Source: Diplonema japonicum
Taxonomy: Eukaryota > Protista > Euglenozoa: Diplonemea
DNA: 64,000 nt
Assembly (NCBI GenBank): GCA_964019335.1
Contig: OZ025713.1
Coordinates: 248,001-312,000, forward strand
Direction of reading: 5' to 3'
Positions 49,882 through 61,384 of the stretch are shown here, in pieces. Within the stretch, counting starts at the first letter, position 1. Each line of letters starts with the position of its first letter. The translations under genes were made by a program, and so were the position numbers. Below the pieces are notes generated by a model that had not been told where the DNA came from, did no database searches, and saw only the letters and a list, made by a program, of their open reading frames with translations.

Positions 49882-51573
49882 TTAAAGGAGAAGCGAGTTT
49901 CTATCCACAACGAGCTTCAGTCCCTCCTCCGCGAGCCTCACCAACAAAGGCTTTTCTCTCTCGATCCCAAGAACACGGAGGGCCTCCTCCCTGTCACCCA
50001 ACAAGTACAACTTCCCTGCTGAATTGTACGACTCCCAAGGCCTCTCCTCAAGCTCATACATCCACTCCTGGCCTGTTGCAGCTATTTTCTCGTCCTTTCC
50101 TTCAAGTACCTCGTACGCTACCTCGTTCACATGCTTCACATTCACTTTTGTTATAATGACCTTCATGGTGAAGGCGAAGGACACCTCACTGTACACAGTA
50201 CTGCAACACACCACCTTGTGTCCCCCAGACCTCCCCAGGTCCTGCAGAACAGAGGCCGTGATGGACGGGATCCCGATCATCCCCACAGACATGATCTCAC
50301 TGCACCCAAGAGACCCACAGAAGGCCGTCCCACTTGACACACCTGTCACCACCTCAATCCCTTCTTTAAAGGTCCTGTCGTATAGATTAACAGCAGCCTG
50401 CACAGCATTCTTCGCGTGGCTTGCACATCTCTTCGTGGTGTTGAACGAGGCGTGCACGTGGTCCCCCACAACAGCCCCCACAACACCTGACAAATGTAAG
50501 CACTTCTCAAACAAGCACTCCATGAAGAGTTTATACTTCTTTTGGAAGGCTGCGGGGTCGGAGGCTGCCTCCCCAATCGACCCGAGCATGTTCGTCACAG
50601 TGAACGAGCACCGCTTCTTCTCAAGCACCTTGACCTGTACGGCATGGACTGTAGCAGACAGGCTTGAGGCCATGTTCAAGTTACTAGCCATTGATTCTGT
50701 CTTGTTTATCTCTTGGCTTTGATTGTCGTCACCATCCTCACTGCCATTGTCATTGTCACGAAAAAGAACAGACTGTGGAAGGTAAGGACGGTAGATGTGG
50801 AGATTTGCAAGGATGGCAGAAAAGGCGTGGTGGAGGGGCGGGGGGAGGGATGTGGACTCGATGATGTCTTCAGCTGATGCAAGGTCGAAGCGGGAGAGGG
50901 AGGTGGCGATCTCCTCAGTGGCTTGGATGGCTTGGTTCATGATTTCATGTTCCTTAAGAAGGTCGTGGGCGAAGCCTCTTGTGAAGTAGAAGTCGAGGAG
51001 GACGACAACCAACTGGTAGGTCAGCGACACAAGTGAATCACCAATGTCGTTTTTACAAGGAAGCTCTTCACAGGAGACGATGTCCCGACGCTGCTCTTGA
51101 GACATGAGATGTGGGAGGTCGTAGAGACCAAAGCGGAAGGTAGTTTCGATGGAAGTGACAAACAGCCAGACAACGAGGACAGTGATGAGGATAAGTGCAA
51201 CTCGTTGCTTTAGACGACAGACAAGACAGGCATCGATGAGAAGTACAAATAGAGTCCACGGCTGATATAAGTTTCTGGGCTCAACGAGATGATCAAGACT
51301 GTCAACCAGAAACAGCAGACCTATAAAGTACATATAGGCTTCCACCAAGTTGTACCGCACCTTGCGCTCCACCAACAGCTGCACAAGCACTATTGTACCA
51401 ATAGCGACAGCATACCCGCTTCTTGCCTGCTGTGCAATTACATCTGCTGTTAATAGTATTAAAAGATTGGACACCACACACACGATGGAACCTATAACTA
51501 GCAATTTCTTTGTGAACACGGTGGTCGGATCATCATCAGGACACCTCACCAGTGTGAAGAGAATAAATTTCAT
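49882..51573 (-). CDS. Multi-TM pseudo-cyclase receptor, copy 5
   Basis: Paralog; likely start MKFILF at 51573. Confidence 0.85.
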   Translation of the reverse strand: MKFILFTLVRCPDDDPTTVFTKKLLVIGSIVCVVSNLLILLTADVIAQQARSGYAVAIGTIVLVQLLVERKVRYNLVEAYMYFIGLLFLVDSLDHLVEPRNLYQPWTLFVLLIDACLVCRLKQRVALILITVLVVWLFVTSIETTFRFGLYDLPHLMSQEQRRDIVSCEELPCKNDIGDSLVSLTYQLVVVLLDFYFTRGFAHDLLKEHEIMNQAIQATEEIATSLSRFDLASAEDIIESTSLPPPLHHAFSAILANLHIYRPYLPQSVLFRDNDNGSEDGDDNQSQEINKTESMASNLNMASSLSATVHAVQVKVLEKKRCSFTVTNMLGSIGEAASDPAAFQKKYKLFMECLFEKCLHLSGVVGAVVGDHVHASFNTTKRCASHAKNAVQAAVNLYDRTFKEGIEVVTGVSSGTAFCGSLGCSEIMSVGMIGIPSITASVLQDLGRSGGHKVVCCSTVYSEVSFAFTMKVIITKVNVKHVNEVAYEVLEGKDEKIAATGQEWMYELEERPWESYNSAGKLYLLGDREEALRVLGIEREKPLLVRLAEEGLKLVVDRNSLLL

Positions 51574-52125
51574 TCCCCCCCACCCCCTTTTCTTTTTGAG
51601 TTTTCCTCTTCCACTAGACCGACGAGGAGGTAAACAGCGAACATACACTACTTAAAAAAAAAAGAAAAAAGAATGGGGCTTTGATTGCAACACTAGGTGG
51701 CGTTAAGCGTGCAATGAAGCACGAACTACCTACTTGATTACAGGGGCGCTCCTCGGCCGAGCAGTAGCTTCTTCTGCGTTCCGCGTCGTGTCCTTAATGC
51801 GTGCGGTGTGCTCGACCCTAGCCGGGGCGTCCCGGGTAACCAAGATTCTGCGCTCGTGCAGTGTGCTGCCTGTTCGTCACCCTGAGCATCTGCGTTACGT
51901 TCTTCCACTCGGGCGCTACCGGTGATGACCGACGAGGAGGTCAACAGCGAACAACACATCTGATGTTTTTCTTATATTTTCATGTTCCCCACCACCTGAA
52001 AAAGAAAGAAAAAGCTCTGGCAAAATGATGTCTCTCACGTGGGAGAAAATAATACCCGTGGAACACCATTGGCTTCAAGGCAAAAAAAAGAAGAAAAAAG
52101 AAAATATATATATATATATATATAT

Positions 52126-53063
52126 GAGCTCGTCCGGAAAAAAATGTCAAAACCCCGTTAAATTCTAAGTAAAAAAGTAGTCCGACACCACTTTGTGTGC
52201 AGAAATGCAGTCTAAGCTTGAACACCATATAGGTCAAAATGCTCGCCGTTTGTTTTATTTTTAAAACGCACGTGCAAAAACATGTTTTTTAGAATGGTTT
52301 TTGGCAAACGATTCAATTTGGAAGTTACAAATAACCCAGACTCTATTTTTTATTTTCGTTTTTCCGTGAAAAGCGACAGGAGGAATGGACGCAGATTGAA
52401 AATCTGTGAATCCTTTGGGGTCATTTTGGGTGGGCTGGACTCTAAATCACTATTAAAATTGGGAGAACTTACCCTTAAAGTGCCATTTTGGCCTATTTAA
52501 GGCTAAAATCCCTTTAAAACCCCTTAAAAAAGCAGAAAATTTCACTTTCAAAGTATTATGAGTGCAAAAGAAAAGAATGAAAGTTTGACCCCGAAGATAC
52601 CAATGTCGAAGCTCTGCATGAGCAGGCAAGTGTTAAGAATTGGTTTTTCTGAAAAAGATAGGAACCCCTTGAAAAAGCCAAAAAATAGGGTGTAAAAAAC
52701 CGGATTTTCGGGGGCTATGCGCCATATATTTTTCGCTAAGTACTTTTAACAGTAACCCGACCCTGGGTTGTACCCAGGGGTCACAAGTGCGCTTGAACAC
52801 CAATTTTATGCACCCTAGATGCTGCATTTTAAACAACAAAATTGCATTTTAAACATTTTTCGCCGTTTTTCTGACCTCTATTTTTCGCTTCCCGGGGGCA
52901 GCTGGTTGCAAAGCCTGCCACCCTCATGGCAAAACAAGCATCGCAATTGAAAGAACGGCGTCATGTACACCATGCATACTGCCCTTTTTTTGCTCAAATA
53001 ATCAAAACAAGAAATTTTCGGAGGTGCCCAAAAAAGTGTTGACATTTTCGTCCGGACGAGCTC
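52126..53063. mobile_element. Non-autonomous DNA transposon (Sola-like termini GAG...CTC, ATAT flanks)
   Basis: gagctcgtccggaaaaaaatgtcaa at the left; ttgacattttcgtccggacgagctc at the right; atat on both sides. Confidence 0.8.
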
Positions 53064-53794
53064 ATATCGTTAAAATAACGGGTACGTTCTGCATCTATCT
53101 ACTTTGATTGAGTCAGGCCGAAGTACGTATTTTACCCACTTGAAGAAAAGGAAAAAGCCTATCCTTGTTAAAGGAAAAGCTAGTTTCTAACCACAACTAG
53201 CCATTACTTTTTTTTAAATTCCACTTCTTTTTCGACTTCCTATGCTTTCAAGAGTGATCCATAATCTTCAAACCATTTCCGTGCTGCTGGACGTACTACT
53301 GTATTCAGTACGTCTTTTCTTTTTTGAGAAAAACAACGTCGACGGTAACCAAATAACTTTTTTCCACTGTCGCTTCAACTGGGACAGCACTTCGAGGAGT
53401 GATTGTGGCTGTGGCGCAGCAGTTGAGTAATGAGGGTTCTTCTTACAAGTTGCTGCATTTATTTTTCCCTTCTCTCTCACTTCGCTTCCTCTTCGCCCAT
53501 CTGAGAGGACGTTGTTTTTCTCTTTTTCTTTTTTAGTGAGACCACGAGAAGCTTCTTAGTGAAGATAGTTGTGCCTCACCCATGGGGCAGATTACCTATG
53601 AGAGGCAATTCTGCATCTATGTACTGTGAAAGAGTCAGGCTCTATACCTCACTTGAAGAAAAGAAACTCAAAGTGCAGGACAAACCCCCTCATGGTGGGC
53701 CGCCCTTGGGTGGGTTGGGGGGCTATCTATTTATACTCCCCTTCTGGAGCATTGCTTTCGCTCCAATCGAGGCCGTGAGCGTCTTGCGGAGTCG

Positions 53795-54972
53795 TGTGAT
53801 GCCGTCTCGCTTGTAGGCGGCTTTCAGTTCCATCAGCTTGTCGTGCGTGGCGTGGGTGGCGAAGATGGGCCTCCTGGCGAAACCCAAGCTGTCTTCATGA
53901 CTTCACTCTCTTCTGCTCGTCCTGGGAAGGGGCATCGCTTCTTCCGTGCCCTGCGTGCCGCCTTCAGCTTCATGATCAGTGCTTTGATCCTGCGAGCCCT
54001 ATATTCCACTGGACCTGGAGACTTGCCTGTCGTCCATTCGAAATCGATGGCCAATTCCGCCGACACCTCAGAGCTGGCTCCCCCTTCACCCATCGTAGCT
54101 GTGACAACCACTGCAGCAGCGGGTTCAGGTATTCTGAGACGATACCACCCACTCCTTCGAGTTCCCCTGCCGTTGGCACGAGGCATCTCCTTCCCTCCAC
54201 ATCGCACCCACCTCTCCTATCGCCATGCCGCGTACTGTTGCCGTCTTGGCGTCCCCCTTCGCCTTCCAGCCTTCCGAGTCAAGCTTGGCCATGATCCACG
54301 TGTTGTCAAAGTCGAGGATGAGGGCGAACCGGACAAACAGCATTTGATCCCCGAGCTCCTCCGCGGTTTTAGGCTCCTCGCCGAGTACGTGCCTGCACAC
54401 TCGTATCATGGCTTCTGGAGTCCACTCCCTCTCCGCTTCGACGACCCCAGCGAGTTTGTCCTTCAGACCTGCTCGGTGTTCTTCAGCTAGCGCATGAACG
54501 GCGGCCTTACCCGACCGTCGGTTTGCCCTGAGGAAGTCAAGACGGTCCTTCTTCTTTGCAGGCTCCGCCTGCCCGTCGCACCACTGCCCGCGCTTCGCGC
54601 TCTTGGACTGCCATTCGACGAGCAGAGGTGGTTCCGGTGCACGATCCGTTCACGTCCGACATACGTTCCCTTTCGCTTCTTGTGGTGGTTGGCGAGGGGC
54701 GGGGCCGGGGCTGGGGCCGAGTGTGGGCCCAGGGCTTCGTCGCCGTCGTGGGTTGTGAGGCATGCCAGTTCCAGCTCCTCCGTCCGTGGCGCAGGTTCTG
54801 CTCTCGGCAGAATCGCGTGCAACTCCAGACATATGGGCATCCTGATCTGTTGCTCAGCGGCTCCGTTCCGTCTTGTGCCAGCTCTTCTTGTGCACAGGTG
54901 CACTCGTACAGCTGATGGTGGTGTAAGGTCTCCGTGTCCGGGTGTGCGTAGCTGAATCCTTGCGTGTGCGAT
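53795..54972 (-). mobile_element. Decayed 5'-truncated LINE fragment
   Basis: MPICLELHAILPR resembles LINE MPICMQLHGTLPR; LQWLSQLRW...ELAIDFEWTTG...FPG; starts in the T-tract just past the stop codon of copy 6. Confidence 0.75.
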
Positions 54973-54990
54973 GAAAAAAGCCTATCCTTG

Positions 54991-56673
54991 TTAAAGGAGA
55001 AGCGAGTTTCTATCCACAACGAGCTTCAGTTCCTCCTCCGCGAGCCTCACCAACAAAGGCTTTTCTCTCTCGATCCCAAGAACACGGAGGGCCTCCTTAC
55101 TATTACCCAACAGGTACAACTTCCCTGCTGAATTGTACGACTCCCAAGGACTCTCCTCAAGCTCGTACATCCACTCCTGGCCTGCTGCTGCTGTTTCCTC
55201 GTCCTCACCTTCAAGTACCTCGTACGCTACCTCGTTCACATGCTTCACATTCACTTTTGTTATAATGATCTTCATGGTGAAGGCGAAGGACACCTCACTG
55301 TACACAGTACTGCAACACACCACCTTGTGTCCCCCAGACCTCCCCAGGTCCTGCAGAACAGAGGCCGTGATGGACGGGGTCCCGATCATCCCCACAGACA
55401 TGATCTCACTGCACCCAAGAGACCCACAGAAGGCCGTCCCACTTGACACACCTGTCACCACCTCAATCCCTTTTGCAAAGGCCCCGTCACACAGATTAAC
55501 AGCAGCCTGCACAGCATTCTTCGCGTGGCTTGCACATCTTTTCGTGGTGTTGAACGAGGCGTGCACGTGGTCCCCCACAACAGCCCCCACAACACCTGAC
55601 AAATGTAAGTATTGTTCAGACAGGCACTCCATGAAGTGTTTATACTTCTCTTGGTAGGCTGCGGGGTCGGAGGCTGCCTCCCCAATCGACCCGAGCATGT
55701 TCGTCACAGTGAACGAGCACCGCTTCTTCTCAAGCACCTTGACCTGTACGGCATGGACTACTTCAGACAGGCTTGAGGCCACGTTCGAGGTACTAGCCAT
55801 TGATTCTGTCTTGAACATGGCTTGGCTTTGATTGTCGTCACCATCCTCACTGCCATTGTCACTGTCACGAAAAAGAACAGACTGTGGAAGGTAAGGACGG
55901 TAGATGTGGAGATTTGCGAGGATGCCAGAAAAGGCGTGGTGGAGGGGCGGGGGGAGGGATGTGGACTCGATGATGCCTTCAGCTGATGCAAGGTCGAAGC
56001 GGGAGAGGGAGGTGGCGATGTCCTCAGTGGCTTGGATGGCTTGGTTCATGGTTTCGTGTTCCTTGCGAAGGCCGTGGGCGAAGCCTCTTGTGAAGTAGAA
56101 GTCGAGGAGGACGACAACCAACTGGTAGGTCAGCGCCAGAATTGAATCACCAATGTCGTTTTTACAAGGAAGCTCTTCACAGGAGACGATGTCCCGACGC
56201 TGCTCTTGAGAAATGAGATGTGGGAGGTCGTAGAGACCAAAGCGGAAGGTACCTTCGATGGAAGTGACAAACAGCCAGACAACGAGGACAGTGATGAGGA
56301 TAAGTGCAACTCGTTGCTTCAGATGACAGACAAGACAGATATCGATGAGAACTACAAATAGAGGCCACGCTTGGTACAAGCTTCTGGGCTCAACGACACG
56401 GTCAAGGCTCGCAAGCAGAAACGCCAGACTCAGAAAGTACAGAAAGGCTTCCACCAAGTTGTGCCGCACCTTGCGCTCCACCAACAGCTGCACAAACATT
56501 AGTGTACCAAAAACGAGTGCACATCCGCCTCTTGCCTGCTGTGAAATTTCATCTGATGTTAATAGTACCAAAAGATTGCCCCCCATAGTCACGATGGAAG
56601 CTACAATTAGCAATTTCTTTGTGAACACGGTGGTCGGATCATCATCAGGACACACCACAAATGTGAAGAGCAT
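54991..56673 (-). CDS. Multi-TM pseudo-cyclase receptor, copy 6
   Basis: 560-aa paralog. Confidence 0.85.
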   Translation of the reverse strand: MLFTFVVCPDDDPTTVFTKKLLIVASIVTMGGNLLVLLTSDEISQQARGGCALVFGTLMFVQLLVERKVRHNLVEAFLYFLSLAFLLASLDRVVEPRSLYQAWPLFVVLIDICLVCHLKQRVALILITVLVVWLFVTSIEGTFRFGLYDLPHLISQEQRRDIVSCEELPCKNDIGDSILALTYQLVVVLLDFYFTRGFAHGLRKEHETMNQAIQATEDIATSLSRFDLASAEGIIESTSLPPPLHHAFSGILANLHIYRPYLPQSVLFRDSDNGSEDGDDNQSQAMFKTESMASTSNVASSLSEVVHAVQVKVLEKKRCSFTVTNMLGSIGEAASDPAAYQEKYKHFMECLSEQYLHLSGVVGAVVGDHVHASFNTTKRCASHAKNAVQAAVNLCDGAFAKGIEVVTGVSSGTAFCGSLGCSEIMSVGMIGTPSITASVLQDLGRSGGHKVVCCSTVYSEVSFAFTMKIIITKVNVKHVNEVAYEVLEGEDEETAAAGQEWMYELEESPWESYNSAGKLYLLGNSKEALRVLGIEREKPLLVRLAEEELKLVVDRNSLLL

Positions 56674-56794
56674 AAATTACACTCCTCCCTCCCTTCTTTG
56701 TTTTTCGGAATTCTTATTATACACTGGAGAAGATACGAAAGGTAACTGAAATGATAGGGAATAAAAAGAGAAAAAAATAAAAAAAACAGGTGAA

Positions 56795-57120
56795 CAAGGA
56801 TAAATACTGCATACGAAAACGAGAGAGTCGAATAAAAAAGAATAAAGGTGACCGAGTGTCGTTGGCCCCCAAGATGTCGTAGGTTGTGTACCCTTGTCTT
56901 TGCGTTGGTGGGGAAAGCATTCTTCCCACTCTTTGCTGTGCACTTCTGAACACGTCTTAACACGTATTGCATCCTTCCAGCCTTCTCTGTGAGCCAGTCC
57001 TGGTCGTCGAGGGCTTCCAACCAGGGACTTCTGGGTGGTCTGCTCATAGTCTACATCGACCTCCATTGTCGTGACGTCAGCTTCCTGCCTGCGTACCATC
57101 TTAGGCTTTCAGCCACCTGA
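56795..57120 (-). mobile_element. LINE 3' fragment
   Basis: VTTMEVDVDYEQTT...TEKAGRM...AFPTNAKTRVHNLRHLG. Confidence 0.7.
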
Positions 57121-57922
57121 GGACGCTCCTTATGTAGAACATGAGGACCTTTGGCCCCGTTGTGACCTCATCCTACGGGTTGGTGGTGTGGTGCTCTGGC
57201 GTCATGTCTGGTCACGACATCTAACTGTATCGTTACACGACTGCCGCCTGTTCCTTCGCAGCCCCCGTTGCGCCCCTGGAGGGCGGTCACAGCAGGCAGA
57301 CCACTTCGCGTCATCCCGTCATATCCTTCGTTTGTCAGGGGCAGCCTTCACTAGTGCACTTATTTGCTTTTTGGGTTTTGCTGCACTGGGAGAATACAAA
57401 AAGAATTGAAACATATGCCGCAGGAATCAGCCTATTGTTCCCTGGAAAGGGTCGGAATAGCTTTAAAAGGCCACATGCCCGTGGACGTGCTTCTATCCCC
57501 ATCTATCACCGCTGTCGCAATGGTACCGTAAGCAACGGCACAAATAACACTAGTGAAGATGGTTGTGGTGTCACCTTGGGACAGGTTACTTTGTACAGAG
57601 GAAATTCTGGGATAAAGTCAGACCCTGAGCCTTGTGAAAATAATATGGCTACTGAAATGATATTGCAAGAACTAGTACAGAGGAAATTCTGGGATAAAGT
57701 CAGGCCCTAAGCACTAAGTTAAAGGTGATATGCAGGTCGCTTCGCGCTTCAGAACTGGGGTAGTGAAAATAATATGGTTACTGAAATGATATTGCAAGTG
57801 GGAATGACAGCGCCATGGCTAGCCTTTCCATTTCTTGAATCAGAACGAAAAGGTTAAAATCGGCTTTCTTAGTCCAAAAACAGGGGTCCTTTATGGGCTA
57901 AAACAAAAAAAGCCTATCCTTG

Positions 57923-59614
57923 TTAAAGGAGAAGCGAGTTTCTATCCACAACGAGCTTCAGTTCCTCCTCCGCGAGCCTCACCAACAAAGGCTTTTCTCT
58001 CTCGATCCCAAGAACACGGAGGGCCTCCTTACTATTACCCAACAGGTACAACTTCCCTGCTGAATTGTACGACTCCCAAGGACTCTCCTCAAGCTCATAC
58101 ATCCACTCCTGGCCTGTTGCTGCTGTTTCCTCGTCCTCACCTTCAAGTACCTCGTACGCTACCTCGTTCACATGCTTCACATTCACTTTTGTTACAATGA
58201 CCTTCATGGTGAAGGCGAAGGACACCTCACTGTACACAGTACTGCAACACACCACCTTGTGTCCCCCAGACCTCCCCAGGTCCTGCAGAACAGAGGCCGT
58301 GATGGACGGGGTCCCGATCATCCCCACAGACATGATCTCACTGCACCCAAGAGACCCACAGAAGGCCGTCCCACTTGACACACCTGTCACCACCTCAATC
58401 CCTTTTGCAAAGGCCCCGTCACGCAGATTAACAGCAGCCTGCACAGCATTCTTCGCGTGGCTTGCACATCTCTTCGTGGTGTTGAACGAGGCGTGCACGT
58501 GGTCCCCCACAACAGCCCCCACAACACCTGACAAGCGTATGTACTTCTCAGACAGGCACTCCATGAAGTGTTTATACTTCTCTTGGTAGGCTGCGGGGTC
58601 GGAGGCTGCCTCCCCAATCGACCCGAGCATGTTCGTCACAGTGAACGAGCACCGCTTCTTCTCAAGCACCTTGACCTGTACGGCATGGACTACTTCAGAC
58701 AGGCTTGAGGCCATGTTCGAGGTACTCCCCATTGAGTCTGTCTTGTTTATCTCTTGGCTTTGATTGTCGTCACCATCCTCACTGCCATTGTCACTGTCAC
58801 GAAAAAGAACAGACTGTGGAAGGTAAGGACGGTAGATGTGGAGATTTGCAAGGATGGCAGAGAAGGCGTGGTGGAGGGGCGGGGGGAGGGATGCGGACTC
58901 GATGATGTCTTCAGCTGATGCAAGGTCGAAGCGGGAGAGGGAGGTGGCGATGTCCTCAGTGGCTTGGATGGCTTGGTTCATGATTTCGTGTTCTTTACGA
59001 AGGCCGTGGGCGAAGCCTCTTGTGAAGTAGAAGTCGAGGAGGACGACAACCAACTGGTAGGTCAGCCCCTGAAATGAATCACCAATGTCGTTTTTACAAG
59101 GAAGCTCTTCACAGGAGACGATGTCCCGACGCTGCTCTTGAGAAATGAGATGTGGGAGGTCGTAGAGACCAAAGCGGAAGGTACCTTCCATGGAAGCGAC
59201 AAACAGCCAGACAACGAGGACAGTGATGAGGATAAGTGCAACTCGTTGCTTCAGATGACAGACAAGACAGATATCGATGAGAAGTACAAATAGAGGCCAA
59301 AATTGGAACAAGTTTCTGGGCTCAACGACACGGTCAAGGCTCGCAAACAGAAACAGCAGACCCAGAAAGTACAGAAAGGCTTCCAGCAAGTTGTGCCGCA
59401 CCTTGCGCTCCACCAACATCTGCACAAACATTAGTGTACCAATAGCGACAGCACACCCGCATCCTGCCTGCTGTGGAGTGCTATCCGATGTTAATGCTGG
59501 CAAAAGATTGCCCCCCATAGTCACGATGGAAGCTACAATTAGCAATTTCTTTGTGAACACGGTGGTCGGATCATCATCAGGACACACCACAAATGTGAAT
59601 AGCATAAATTTCAT
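57923..59614 (-). CDS. Multi-TM pseudo-cyclase receptor, copy 7
   Basis: 563-aa paralog. Confidence 0.85.
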   Translation of the reverse strand: MKFMLFTFVVCPDDDPTTVFTKKLLIVASIVTMGGNLLPALTSDSTPQQAGCGCAVAIGTLMFVQMLVERKVRHNLLEAFLYFLGLLFLFASLDRVVEPRNLFQFWPLFVLLIDICLVCHLKQRVALILITVLVVWLFVASMEGTFRFGLYDLPHLISQEQRRDIVSCEELPCKNDIGDSFQGLTYQLVVVLLDFYFTRGFAHGLRKEHEIMNQAIQATEDIATSLSRFDLASAEDIIESASLPPPLHHAFSAILANLHIYRPYLPQSVLFRDSDNGSEDGDDNQSQEINKTDSMGSTSNMASSLSEVVHAVQVKVLEKKRCSFTVTNMLGSIGEAASDPAAYQEKYKHFMECLSEKYIRLSGVVGAVVGDHVHASFNTTKRCASHAKNAVQAAVNLRDGAFAKGIEVVTGVSSGTAFCGSLGCSEIMSVGMIGTPSITASVLQDLGRSGGHKVVCCSTVYSEVSFAFTMKVIVTKVNVKHVNEVAYEVLEGEDEETAATGQEWMYELEESPWESYNSAGKLYLLGNSKEALRVLGIEREKPLLVRLAEEELKLVVDRNSLLL

Positions 59615-60236
59615 TTCCCCCCCCCCCCTCTTCTTTGTTTTTTTTTTGGGTTATCTTGGTCCAAAATAAATTCACTATGATAGGAACGAAGTGGTTAGCA
59701 ACGGCCCGCGAAATAAACAATTCACTGGGAGAAGTTACGAAAAGGCAAGAATAACACACTCGTGCTCCAGGTCGGGGTCGTGACAAGATTGCTTTTAGAA
59801 AAAAAAAAGGCACTACGAACCCGGGACCTTGGAGCCCTCCCTCGCTTACCTGGACCTGTACCTTTGTAAAGACTGTGATAGAGTCAGGCCCTGAAGAACC
59901 TATTTTTGGGCACAACAGCCCCCACAACACCTGACAAGCGTATATACTTCTCAGTACTTCCTCTCAAGCACCGCAGGTGTAACACGTCTAAAGAGGCGCC
60001 CTAGTGTAAGCCGGCCCATCCCTCTTGCTTGTCCCTCCCTGTCCTCTTACATCCGGTCCATGCCCTCTTGCTTGCCCTGCCTATTTTTTTTGTTTTTTAA
60101 CTTTGAAAAACAAAACAAAAAAAGAAGTCTGGAAAAGATCAAGAATCGAGGGGAGGGAGGGGTAGGGGGGGACGATTTTGTCTTCCATGCAGACCCCGAA
60201 CTAAAGGGGTTTAAGTTAGCAGTTTTGGCAAAACAT

Positions 60237-60290
<54 letters not shown>

Positions 60291-60841
60291 ACTATTCCCC
60301 TCTCGTTAGTTTTTGTTATCATGTGTTTCTTTCCTTTTCTTTTTGTATAAGCAGCACTTGTTGAATTCAAAAGAAACCAGGTTTTTGACGGTCCTCCCCC
60401 TTTTTTGTTACAAGAGTCAAAGACTTTGCAAAGAAAGAAAAAAAAGGAGGAGGAACTAATTTAGAGGATGGTGGGAGAAACAATATCGAATAGGGGCCAT
60501 CAAGCCTACAACCACGAAAGGAACACGGGGAAAGGTCGCTTCCTTTTTTTTCTTTTTTTTTTTTTTTCTTTTCTGAAAAAAAAAGAAAATAAAAGAAAAT
60601 AGCATTTTGAACATGTCTGTTAATCTTTTGGTTTTTTTTCCCCCCTCGCTGGAAGAAAAGAAAATTTGATAAATTTCGGTGTGCGGGTGCACCGTTAGAA
60701 AAGAAGTGAGGAGGGGGGGGGACAAGGAAACAAGAGGAGGGGGAGGGGAAAAAAGAGGGAAAAGGGAAAAATAAAAATAAAAAACCAAAGTTCAGGTTAT
60801 CATTTTTTGTTCAAATTGCATTTTTTTTTTTTTGAATTTAA

Positions 60842-61374
60842 CCATCTACCAACGGACCATTTTTGCCCACCAGGGGGTAAATTTTCAAAACTTCAAAAAA
60901 AAAAAAAAAAAAAACTATTCTAGCGCAACACCGGGGCTATATGCCCCCGGAAATGCCTCCAGATGTCCCAATTCTAGAGAGAGGGTGCCCACAGCAGGGC
61001 ACACCCCCACAACGTTGTCAAAAATATCGTTCCCGAAGTGCTCGAGAGGTGGTACAAAAAAACAAGTCAAAAAAAAAAATCGACTGTAAAATTCTATAAA
61101 AAGCTATTTAAGGCCTTCTTGACGCGGTTCGTACATGCCCCAGGGCTGGGGGAGACTTCTTTTTGACCTGGTAGTCTTTGAAGCACGGAGTCACGCAAAG
61201 TTGTACCAAGCAGGCTGAACACTGAAACAGGGTTCTTTTCGACTTTGCATTTAGTTTTTATTTTTCATATTTTCCGTGCGAGAAGTGGTCGGGCCGTATT
61301 GCATTGAAAGCCCTTTGCGCAAATGATCGTTTTTTTTTCAAATCGTCTATATATAGACGCTCGTTGGTAGATGG
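60842..61374. mobile_element. piggyBac-like MITE (13-bp TIR CCATCTACCAACG, ttaa/ttta flanks)
   Basis: ttaa|ccatctaccaacg ... cgttggtagatgg|ttta. Confidence 0.7.
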
Positions 61375-61384
61375 TTTAAAAAAA

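Noticed and set aside
57592-57800. Interleaved short duplications (gtacagaggaaattctgggataaagtcag x2; gtgaaaataatatgg.tactgaaatgatattgcaag x2)
   Set aside because: Resembles split repeats but has no associated coding sequence; likely local duplication in the receptor intergenic unit
60047-60800. Lys/Phe-rich ORFs in poly(A/T) tracts here and elsewhere
   Set aside because: Translations of low-complexity intergenic homopolymers
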